The notes below the pieces were generated by a model. The model had not been told where the DNA came from, did no database searches, and saw only the letters and a program-made list of their open reading frames with translations. Source: a virus (taxonomy: Duplodnaviria; Caudoviricetes). From it: a DNA stretch of 64,000 nt. The first letter of the stretch is position 1, and each line of letters starts with the position of its first letter. Below are positions 9,673 through 18,800 of the stretch, one piece after another. A program made the translations under genes and the position numbers. The DNA lies in IMG/VR virus record IMGVR_UViG_3300021399_000008, positions 32,001 to 96,000 of that record; one strand, written 5' to 3'.

Positions 9673-10442
9673 GTCCAATAAGCATAATGAGCACAATGGA
9701 CCGTGGAAATAAAAACAGAAAAGACGTTAATAATTTCAGAAAGCCTGTTCCGGTTCTTGAGCAGCACGAATCTACTGTCCTGATCGGATGTTCTGTTGGG
9801 GTCTGTCCGAACTGTGGGTATACGCTGACGAGAAAGAGTACAGATAAGTACGTCCGCTACTGTCCCGAATGTGGAACCTGTATATCCTGGAATAACACTG
9901 ACGAGAAAAAGGAGACTGGTACTATGAATTCCGTAAAGAATACTAAGATTGCTCCTCCGTGGGTAACCTATAGAAACATGATGGTTGCTCTGTTTGAACG
10001 CGATCCTGATGTGGCGATCAGCGACGTATACAAAGACAACGACAACTACGCTGTCGATCTCGAAATCACGAAACACAGGAAGTATGAAGCTCTGGTTAAG
10101 CTGCTGCCTGCAAAAGTGGAATTCGGGAACGTTTGTCTGAAACTGTATATTTACGACGAAGAGAATAGCGTTGAGCCGGATCAGGCTGCTCTGTACCGCG
10201 ATGCTTTTGAGAACAATCCGATCTTCGACTATGTTGAGGATCTGACTGACGTCACCGGTACCCACCACTATTTCGTGATGTTCGAGCCTCAGGTAATCCA
10301 GTTCTATAACGATAATCTGCAGGATCCGAACGGTAACTGGAGTGGTTTGGCTCAGGATCTGGCTAAGGAGATCTTCAGGAACGTACAGCTCGGTACTACC
10401 TTCTCTACTGCTCCTGTTAAAGTTGGTGGAACTGAGAAGTGA
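9669..10442 (+). CDS. Zn-ribbon-containing hypothetical protein (possible second start at about 9923)
   Basis: CPNC/CPEC pairs; internal GGAG RBS followed by ATG. Confidence 0.6.
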   Translation: MSPISIMSTMDRGNKNRKDVNNFRKPVPVLEQHESTVLIGCSVGVCPNCGYTLTRKSTDKYVRYCPECGTCISWNNTDEKKETGTMNSVKNTKIAPPWVTYRNMMVALFERDPDVAISDVYKDNDNYAVDLEITKHRKYEALVKLLPAKVEFGNVCLKLYIYDEENSVEPDQAALYRDAFENNPIFDYVEDLTDVTGTHHYFVMFEPQVIQFYNDNLQDPNGNWSGLAQDLAKEIFRNVQLGTTFSTAPVKVGGTEK

Positions 10443-11002
10443 AACACCTCGAAAGGATTACTCCGAAAAGTATCGGGGCTTCGATGGCTATATCTCTTGT
10501 GGTTTGTGCTCTTCTTAAGCTGGGTAATCCAATTGGTCCTGTAATCTTCGCTCTTGGTCTTATCTCAGTCTGTGTTCTGAACCTATACCTGTACACAGGG
10601 AAGATTGGATTCGTATTCGAGGACAATCTGGATGGCTCAGATCTTCTGAAGATTCTGGCTGTGAATCTGATATCGGGATATCTGATCGGCTGCTTTATTG
10701 GAACAGCAGATCCTTCTCTTATTCAGCCAGCCTTAACGAAAGCGCAGACGTGGACCTACAGCTTCCCGTATTTTCTCCAGTCAGTCTTTTGTGGAATTGT
10801 GATGTATCTGGCAGTAGCGATCTATAAGAAGAAGAGTATGCTCGGGATTCTCTTTGGAATTCCGCTGTTTATCTTCTGCGGTTTTCAGCATTGTATCGCG
10901 AACGTGATTACTCTCGGTGTAGCTGGAACATGGAACTGGGCAATCTGCTTGTGTATCTTCGGGAACACAGTCGGCTCAATCCTGATGTGGCTGATCAGTT
11001 AA
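10439..11002 (+). CDS. Formate/nitrite transporter (FocA/NirC family), short version
   Basis: Multi-TM protein; LYTG, NLISG, FIFCGFQHCIAN and GNTVG motifs. Confidence 0.8.
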   Translation: MKHLERITPKSIGASMAISLVVCALLKLGNPIGPVIFALGLISVCVLNLYLYTGKIGFVFEDNLDGSDLLKILAVNLISGYLIGCFIGTADPSLIQPALTKAQTWTYSFPYFLQSVFCGIVMYLAVAIYKKKSMLGILFGIPLFIFCGFQHCIANVITLGVAGTWNWAICLCIFGNTVGSILMWLIS

Positions 11003-11012
11003 GGAGATTAAA

Positions 11013-11318
11013 ATGGCTAAAGAGGAAAAGTACCTGCATATCTGTGAGGTCTGCGGGAAAGAAGAGTATCTGACTGAGAAGGAAGCATATGAGAAAGGCT
11101 GGGATTACCCACCATATATTGGAACGTATGGAGTTCTCTCGCCCAGAACCTGTCCGTGTTGCACAATCGAAGATACGGCCTGGTTTGATTATATGAAGCA
11201 CCATTCCTTTGCTCAGCTGTCAGAGAAGCACAAGGAAACAGTCAGAAGAATCCTGGGAGAACCGGATAATCTGATCTTCCTGAATGATAAGAAAGGAAAG
11301 AAGAAGAATGGCACGTAA
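11013..11318 (+). CDS. Zn-finger hypothetical protein
   Basis: HICEVCG...PRTCPCC. Confidence 0.65.
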   Translation: MAKEEKYLHICEVCGKEEYLTEKEAYEKGWDYPPYIGTYGVLSPRTCPCCTIEDTAWFDYMKHHSFAQLSEKHKETVRRILGEPDNLIFLNDKKGKKKNGT

Positions 11319-12360
11319 ACTAGCCAGTATAGAAAAAGTCTGGAAGATAGAACCTATCGAAGGAGCCGACAATATCGAGCTGGCCCACGTACTTGGATGG
11401 CAGTGTGTTGTAAACAAAGGCCAGTTCAAACCGATGGATCTCGGTGTCTACTTTGAGATTGATTCTTTCCTTCCGATTCGGCCTGAGTTTGAGTTCCTGA
11501 GATCTTCGAGCTACAGAAACTCTGATATCTTAGGTGAAGGATTTAAGCTGAAGACAATGCGGTTTAAAGGTCAGCTCTCGCAAGGATTACTTCTTCCTGT
11601 CAGCCTCTTCCCTCAGCTCACCGGATATAATGTCGGTAGAGGCGTTGCCGAAGAACTCGGAGTTAAGAAGTGGGAGATCGAAGAGAGAGCTACGACTGGC
11701 GGTAACGTAATCGGAGAACTTCCGCACGATGTACCTCATACAGATGAGACCAGGGTGCAGCAGATACCTGAACTGATCGAAGAGTTCAGAGGACTTGAGT
11801 ACTATATCTCAACGAAGATGGATGGCTCGTCGCATTCAGTCTCGATAGACGAAGACGGACTGCATGTGACTGGCCACAACTATGAATACAAAGACGACGG
11901 ATCTTCGAGCTTCTACGAGTTCATTAAGTCGAATGGATACCTGAAGAGGATTCAGGAGTACAAGGAGAGGCACAATCTCACAGTAGAGACTCTTACAATT
12001 CAGGGTGAGTTCTGTGCTCCGGGTATTCAGGGCAATCCTGTAAAGCTTACGAAGCCTGAGTGGTTCGTGTTTACTGTCAGAATCAACGGGAAACGTGTGT
12101 CTCTGTATGAGATGCAGAAAGTCTGCGAAGAAGCAGGTCTTTCTACTGTCCCAATTGAGGAAGTAGGAATGGATCTTCCGTCGAAATATCCGACAGTTGA
12201 AGCGGTATTGGAACGAGCTGAAGGTAAATATTCTACAGGAGCCCGTAAGGAAGGTATCGTAATCAGACCTACAGAACCTGTGTTCTCCAGGACAATCAGT
12301 ACAAGTCTTTCTATGAAGGCTGTGAGTAACACATACCTTCTGAAAAAGAAAGGCGATTAA
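11308..12360 (+). CDS. RNA ligase (Rnl2-like, DRB0094 family)
   Basis: RKLASI...PIEGADNIE; nucleotidyltransferase motifs KMDGSS, QGEFCAPGIQGN, EGIVIR and KAVSNTYL. Confidence 0.88.
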   Translation: MARKLASIEKVWKIEPIEGADNIELAHVLGWQCVVNKGQFKPMDLGVYFEIDSFLPIRPEFEFLRSSSYRNSDILGEGFKLKTMRFKGQLSQGLLLPVSLFPQLTGYNVGRGVAEELGVKKWEIEERATTGGNVIGELPHDVPHTDETRVQQIPELIEEFRGLEYYISTKMDGSSHSVSIDEDGLHVTGHNYEYKDDGSSSFYEFIKSNGYLKRIQEYKERHNLTVETLTIQGEFCAPGIQGNPVKLTKPEWFVFTVRINGKRVSLYEMQKVCEEAGLSTVPIEEVGMDLPSKYPTVEAVLERAEGKYSTGARKEGIVIRPTEPVFSRTISTSLSMKAVSNTYLLKKKGD

Positions 12361-12369
12361 AGTCAACAG

Positions 12370-12400
12370 AGTACCCGAAGGAGTAACTTCGGGTACTTTT
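12370..12400 (+). terminator. Rho-independent terminator
   Basis: AGTACCCGAAG...CTTCGGGTACT followed by TTT. Confidence 0.7.
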
Positions 12401-12406
12401 ACTTAT

Positions 12407-12480
12407 GCTATCGTAACTCAGCAGGTTAGAGTGTCGGCCTTATAAGCCGCTGGTCGTGGGTTCGAATCCCACCGATAGTA
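12407..12480 (+). tRNA. tRNA-Ile(UAU)
   Basis: Acceptor GCTATCG/CGATAGT; anticodon loop CT-TAT-AA; T arm GTGGG-TTCGAAT-CCCAC. Confidence 0.85.
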
Positions 12481-12528
12481 CGAAAAAATAAAAACAGATA
12501 GTACGAAAAAATAAAAACGGAGGAAAAT

Positions 12529-12891
12529 ATGGGTATTGTAAACAGATACAGAATGAAGCCTGGTGTAACTCTGGATGACATTAAGCACGAGCTGCAGGAG
12601 AAGCACCTTCCGATTTCGACAAATACATCTTATATCGATGGTGGGCTGGATTTCTCGACTTTCAGTATGCTTGTTGATGAGATCTCTGTAAACATAGGTT
12701 TCCCTAAAGATATTTCCAAGTGGGACGACTATGAGCACATTGTTGTAATCGATGAAGATTTCCTGCAGCCTTATGGCCCGTTCTACAACATCGACGAAGA
12801 TCCGTTTATATATGCTCTGAACGTTGTTGGCCACTACAACAAGTTCATGGATTCGTTATCGTTTCTGGAAGAGGTGAGTTCGAATGGGTAA
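12529..12891 (+). CDS. Hypothetical protein
   Basis: GGAGG RBS; DEDFLQPYGPFY motif. Confidence 0.65.
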   Translation: MGIVNRYRMKPGVTLDDIKHELQEKHLPISTNTSYIDGGLDFSTFSMLVDEISVNIGFPKDISKWDDYEHIVVIDEDFLQPYGPFYNIDEDPFIYALNVVGHYNKFMDSLSFLEEVSSNG

Positions 12892-13516
12892 GTTAATTAC
12901 TTTCGAAGGTATAGACTGCTGCGGTAAAACAACGCAGATAAATCTTCTGCTAGACGACCTGACTGCGAAGTACGGTAAGAGCGCAATGTCTACAAGAGAA
13001 CCTGGAGGCTGTATTGTGGCTGAACATATCAGGTCTATTCTGCTTGATCCTGCTACTCCTCCGATCTCTGGGACAACAGAAGCTCTTCTCTTCGCAGCCA
13101 GCAGATCAGAACACTATAACCGTATTGTGAAGTACGGTCTGGAACACTGGGACTTCGTAATCTCAGACAGATTCTGTGATTCCTCTGTCGCTTATCAGGG
13201 TGGAGGAAGACAGATGGATAAGGAACGGATTATGCAGATTAATGACCTGTTCCTTGAAGGCCGGAGACCTGACAAGACTTTCTATATCAGGATTACACCT
13301 GAAGAAATGTACAGGAGAATGGCTGAAAGACATATGGAACAGCTTAAGGATAGGATAGAACGTGAAGATATCGCTTTCTTCCAGCGAGTAGTCAACACCT
13401 TCGACGAACTGGCTGAGTATAGTCCTGAGAGAATCGTTGTAATCGACGGAGCTCAGGATATCCAGACGATCCATTCTCAGATTTGCCAGAACCTTGAGGA
13501 ATCCGGACTCTTATAA
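12884..13516 (+). CDS. tmk: Thymidylate kinase
   Basis: ITFEGIDCCGKTTQ P-loop, TREPGG and DRF..SSVAYQG motifs. Confidence 0.95.
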   Translation: MGKLITFEGIDCCGKTTQINLLLDDLTAKYGKSAMSTREPGGCIVAEHIRSILLDPATPPISGTTEALLFAASRSEHYNRIVKYGLEHWDFVISDRFCDSSVAYQGGGRQMDKERIMQINDLFLEGRRPDKTFYIRITPEEMYRRMAERHMEQLKDRIEREDIAFFQRVVNTFDELAEYSPERIVVIDGAQDIQTIHSQICQNLEESGLL

Positions 13517-13743
13517 ATTACTGGAAAAATAAATACAATTTCGGCTTTCAGATTAAGGTAGAGAACTTATCAACTTTCGATCTGGAAGCCGATTTTATTA
13601 AAAATTCTACAGTAATTTACTGTAGAACCTGAGTAAGAATTCGTTTTTATTCCGACTCGCTACGGATAAATCCTCGCTCGTCGAAGCCTGTGGAAGGCTG
13701 GGATTCAGCTTTACTAAAAAGAATAGGAAAAGGAGATAATGAT

Positions 13744-14631
13744 ATGGCACTTGATATGTATAAGATTATTACTGACAGGATTCTTGAAGACCTGAAGAAG
13801 GGTGAGATCCCGTGGAATAAGCCATGGGTGAATACGAATGGTAATTATGTTGCCCGTTCCCATGAGAATGGCCGTGTGTATTCTCTCCTGAACCAGATGC
13901 TGGTCGGAATGCCCGGTGAATACGTGACGTTTAACCAGGCGAAGAAGGAAGGCGGCACGATTAAGAAGAACGCGAAGGCTAAGAAGGTTGTGTTCTTTAA
14001 GATGCTCGAGAAGAAGGACCGTGAAAGTGATGATGACGATAAGTGGATTCCTTTCCTGAAGTACAGTAATGTCTTCCACCTCGATGATACTGAGGGTGTC
14101 GAGCATAAATACGTGTTTACCGACGAGTCTCTGCACAACGACAACCTGAATATCGAAGAGATCGATAAGGCTGTGAAGGACTATGTAGACCGTGAGCACG
14201 TAACGATCAGGAACTATGAACAGAACAGGTCTTACTACAGCCCTGCTGAGGATGAGATTATTCTGCCTCAGATGTTCCAGTTTGCGAACTCTGAATCTTA
14301 TTACGCTACTCTGTTCCATGAGATGGGCCACAGCACTGGAGCAAGGAACAGACTCTACCGTGACTTCTCCGGCAACTTCGGAACGAAAGCCTACAGCCGT
14401 GAGGAGCTGGTAGCTGAGATTACCTCTGCTGTTCTCTGTAACCACTTCGGTATCGATACTGAGAAGGTTCAGAGAAACACTTCTGCCTATGTTCAGAACT
14501 GGATCTCCGTTCTGGAGAATGATACAAGGGCTGTTGTGTGGGCAGCAGGAAGAGCAGAGAAGGCTGTGAAGCTGATCCTGAATATTAAAGATGAACCTGC
14601 AGAAGCTGACGAGAAAGAAGGAGGAAACTGA
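13744..14631 (+). CDS. ardC: ArdC-like ssDNA-binding anti-restriction protein
   Basis: IPWNKPW, YSLLNQ, TFNQA, zincin-like HEMGHSTG and YSREELVAE motifs. Confidence 0.88.
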   Translation: MALDMYKIITDRILEDLKKGEIPWNKPWVNTNGNYVARSHENGRVYSLLNQMLVGMPGEYVTFNQAKKEGGTIKKNAKAKKVVFFKMLEKKDRESDDDDKWIPFLKYSNVFHLDDTEGVEHKYVFTDESLHNDNLNIEEIDKAVKDYVDREHVTIRNYEQNRSYYSPAEDEIILPQMFQFANSESYYATLFHEMGHSTGARNRLYRDFSGNFGTKAYSREELVAEITSAVLCNHFGIDTEKVQRNTSAYVQNWISVLENDTRAVVWAAGRAEKAVKLILNIKDEPAEADEKEGGN

Positions 14632-14632
14632 T

Positions 14633-15281
14633 ATGGCAAAAGTTGAAAACATGTATAAGCTGGCTGAACTGTTCCTGAAGACTCTGGAGTACAGTACTCT
14701 TTCCGACACTATGAAGAAGTCTATGATTGACCGCTGGAACGAAGAGATCGCTGAGATTCAGGAAGGAGACAACCGATGAACAAGGCCGAATCGATTAACA
14801 GGATTATGGCTGGCGTAGCTGAGTACATCAACAAGGAACGGAAGAACCCTGTGAGTATTTACTACTTCCGTGAGACTGAGGAGAGTATCAGCGAATATGA
14901 CGACTTCTATGTTCGGTACTTCGGTATGTATCCAGGAAGAGAATGCGTGTACGTTACTGAGACTATAGACGGCAGTACTCGTCTTCTGTACGTACAGAAT
15001 GTTGAAGGTGACTCTGTACTGACAGCCGTGTACGAAACGATGAACCTGATCGCTGAGAAGTTCTGACTCAGAAGGAGAAACAAATGGGAGGAATTATTAC
15101 GCTGAAGATTTTGTTCTGGACACTGCTTGTGTTCGTAGTGATGTTCTGCTCCTTCGTATTCGGAGCGATGTACGGAATGACCGAGGAGACAAACTTCTTT
15201 AAGTTCTGCCGGGACTTCTTTCTGATGAAACCTAAGGACTATAAGTTTTTCGAGAAGGAGAAAGAAGACAGTGCTGACTGA
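14633..15281 (+). other. Three small hypothetical ORFs (about 14633-14779, 14776-15066, 15084-15281; the last has a TM segment)
   Basis: Co-oriented, translationally coupled ORFs with RBSs. Confidence 0.55.
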
Positions 15282-15849
15282 CGGATATGTTCCATACAGG
15301 TTCTGGTGTTTTGTATCATGTGACGACGGAACAAGAGAGCTTGTATTCGATGAAATAATTGATCATAACGGAGAATGGGAAACCACGTTTCTGAAGGAAA
15401 TGTTTAAGGACGAACTCGAAGCGCGGGACGGAGATCTGCATATCAGTTTGAACTGCGTAACAGGAGGTCTTAGATGTTGTCTCGATATCTTCGACCTCCT
15501 TTATATGTATTCTCTCAGCGGAAATACTGTAACGGTTACAATTGAGAACTTTGTAAGCGGAGCTCCTGTCGTGATTATGATGGCAGCTGATTTCGTAAAC
15601 GCGAAGAAGACAAAAGATTATAAGTTCGGTCCGAGTATTCTCCTGCATGAGCCAAAGATGGCTATGTTCGGTTCTCTGGATAAACTGAAGAAAGACCTCG
15701 ACACATTTGCGGAGATGCGCGAGAACTATATAGAGAAGATCTGTGTGTTTACGAAGCTGAATAAGGCTGATCTTGTGAAGATGATGGCTGATGAGACCTG
15801 GCTTGACGAAGAGAAAATGAGAGAATACGGATTCATTACTGCAAGGTGA
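15271..15849 (+). CDS. ClpP-like protease family protein (divergent)
   Basis: SLNCVTGG, VSGAPVVIMMAAD, LLHEP and MMADETWL..E...YGF motifs. Confidence 0.65.
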   Translation: MLTDGYVPYRFWCFVSCDDGTRELVFDEIIDHNGEWETTFLKEMFKDELEARDGDLHISLNCVTGGLRCCLDIFDLLYMYSLSGNTVTVTIENFVSGAPVVIMMAADFVNAKKTKDYKFGPSILLHEPKMAMFGSLDKLKKDLDTFAEMRENYIEKICVFTKLNKADLVKMMADETWLDEEKMREYGFITAR

Positions 15850-18800
15850 TTGACTATGAGCGGTACAGCGTTTGGTGTAATTGCAGACTCTCTTAAGAGG
15901 TGTGCGAATAATGACTGCTTGAACTGTAAGTACGCCGAGAAGGATTCGATGGGAGTTTCCTGTGAGACTCAGCTAAGAATAGATACCAGAAGACTGATTA
16001 ACGCACTGGAAGAAGCGCTTCTGGAAATAGATAATAAGTATGACTGATACCTGAGGTAGAAACTATGAGTAACTTAGATAAAGATAAATGCCTGAAGGAT
16101 GGTAATCCTGTAGACTGCAGATACTGTAATCTGTCAGACGCAGCAGCTCCTGACAGCGAGAACGTGTACTGTTACTACGATATTCCTGTGTTGTTGAAAG
16201 ATACGAAACGTACAGCAGAGGAGTGCGGTGCTTTTGAGTACAACCCAGTCTTCCCTAAGGAATGAACCTGAGATTCTGATGGTTGAGACAGACTACCTGT
16301 ATGTTCCGCGTGAATACAGAAGACCTGAGATTGACCCTATCAGAACGTGTCCAAACTGTAAGACGATGATCTGGGATCCTCAGCTGATCTACTGTCCAGT
16401 GTGCGGAACGTTCGCTATAAAAGTAAAGGAGTCTGCTGAATGAATATTGTGACCGACTGGAGAAATCTGAACTATGTGAACTCAAACCTGAAACAGGCTG
16501 AAGAAGGAATGCGGAAATGCTTAGTTGCAGGCTTCGAATCGCTCGTTCAATCTGGTGTGGAGGATAAGGATGCTAAGGATAGCAATAGCTCTGGAGAACG
16601 GTAATCCATTTGCTTACTTGTTAATCTTTATGTTGCTTTTGCCGCCAGTATTTATATGCATATCGGCAATAATTGAGAAAATTGCCGAAGCGTATGCGAG
16701 GAGAAAACATGACAGGAAGAGATTTGATTAAATGGATTAAGGACCATAAAGCCGAAGACTTCGTTGTTACTGTAGCTGACGGACGCCGCTTCAATAACGG
16801 CGGCTGGTACCTGACTACTGCCTCGATGTATACGACTCACAGCAGAACAGGTTACGAACTTTCTATTGAACCTTTCGCTAGATACGACAGTGAAGATACT
16901 GATAAACCGCATAACACTATCGTACTGTAAGGAGGAATTTGTATGACGGCTATTTGGCAGGCGACTTTTGTTCTGGCAGCTATCTGTGCCGGTGTCGTAA
17001 TCGTTACGTTTATTCTGGTTCGCAGTATTTCAGAGACCGTGGATAAACTGGTAGACCTGCTGGTGGATACGGTTAAAACGCAGAGAGATATTACCTTCTC
17101 TCAGCATGAGATCTTTCAGGCTCAGACCAGCACGTATAGATACTTGAAATTGATTCTCGAGATTCTTGGCGGTTTAGAACCGGAAGAAGAGGAGGATGAA
17201 GATGAGTCTGGATCACGAAACGAAGATGTCACTGCTGGCTAACCAGTATGGCTGGGAGTATCTGAGATACGACGACAACTTAAAAAAGATTAAGGATTAC
17301 CTGCACGATGCGTATTGTGCAGGTTTTCTTAAAGGTGAAGAAATCGCAAGGAAACGTGGCTGGTGGTACAAGCGGATGCACGTGATGGATTACCTGTACT
17401 GCAGCAACTGTAACTATATGTTGAGCGGAGAGAAGACACAGTTCTGCCCTGGCTGCGGAGCGAAGATGGATCTTGAGAACAGTCCTACTGATAACCATCA
17501 GGGACATGACTGCTTCAACTGTTCGAACTCTTTTGTGGACGACAACGATAAGCTGCACTGTATGGCAGACGACCACGACCATGAAGCCACTGTAGCAGAT
17601 GATCACTGGTGTTCTGATTGGACCTAACTGTCCTAATAGACCTGACTGGAGGAAATATGACGACTGAGAAATACAGACAGTTTATAGAGGAGTTAAACAG
17701 TCTGAGTAATGACGTTTACGACGGAGACTTTGTTTCGGGTTGGAACGAAGGACTTGATGCTGCTCGAGAACTGATCGAGAGATATAAAGATTTCTTCCTC
17801 AGCCAGCCTGATAAGCCGACTGATGTGATGCACGAACTGAATATCGTAGCTGCTTCTGTGTCAACGATCAGCAGGGAAGTGGAGGCGATTCAGAAGGCGA
17901 TGAAGGAAATCAGCTCCTATATCTACAAAGCTTACCAGAAAGAAGAAGAGAAGGAACAATGAGTATGAGCGGAATGAACGTGAAAGAAAACGAAATGACT
18001 GTGTATATTCTTACCTACTACGATATTGGTGACGCTCCGAATGTTCTGGTGTTCAGCAATAAACGCAACGCTCTGAGAAACATGGAGTTTATGACTAAGA
18101 TGTATGATTCTGTGACGTTCTCGAAGCAGATTATACTGGCAGACAAAGACGACGCAGAAGAATAAGGAGATAAAAGATGAGCCATTTTAATGTTGCCGTA
18201 ATTCATAGAGCTGATCAGAGTATCGACGAACTTCTTGAACCGTACGATGAGAATACCGAAGTTGAACCGTACATTGATTATACAAAACAGATGGCTATTG
18301 AGCACGCCAGAAGAAATTATGCTGGCCATTCGAATGCTCTTCCGGCTGACGCTACGGATGAACAGTGCTGGAAGTATATGGCTGAAGACTACGAAGCTGA
18401 CAGGATCGACGGAGATGGAAACCTGTACACTACCTATAACCCGAAGTCTAAGTGGGACTGGTGGACTATCGGTGGACGCTGGAGTGGTCTGATCAAAACA
18501 AAAGATGGAGACACTGTAGACGAATGCCGTATTGGCGAGATGGATCTTACTCCTAATCAGGATACGTATAACCATGCTCTCAGATTCTGGGATGTGTATG
18601 TTGATAAGAGACCCTTGAAACCGGGAGAGACTGAAGAACAGTACAACACTTTCTACAGGGAGAGCTACTTTAAAGACAGGTATCTGGACCGTGAAACCTA
18701 CGCGAAGTGTCAGGCTTCCTTTATGACCAGAGCTGTCGTTACTCCTGATGGAGAATGGCACGAGGCAGGAGAGATGGGCTGGTTCGGTTGTTCCAGTGAA

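Noticed and set aside
12474-12518. 22-nt tandem duplication of the tRNA-Ile 3' end
   Set aside because: The copies are adjacent with nothing inserted; probably replication slippage.
3070-14709. Long antisense ORFs (for example 3070-3993, 9375-10268, 13714-14709)
   Set aside because: They shadow well-supported genes on the opposite strand and show no motifs or RBS.
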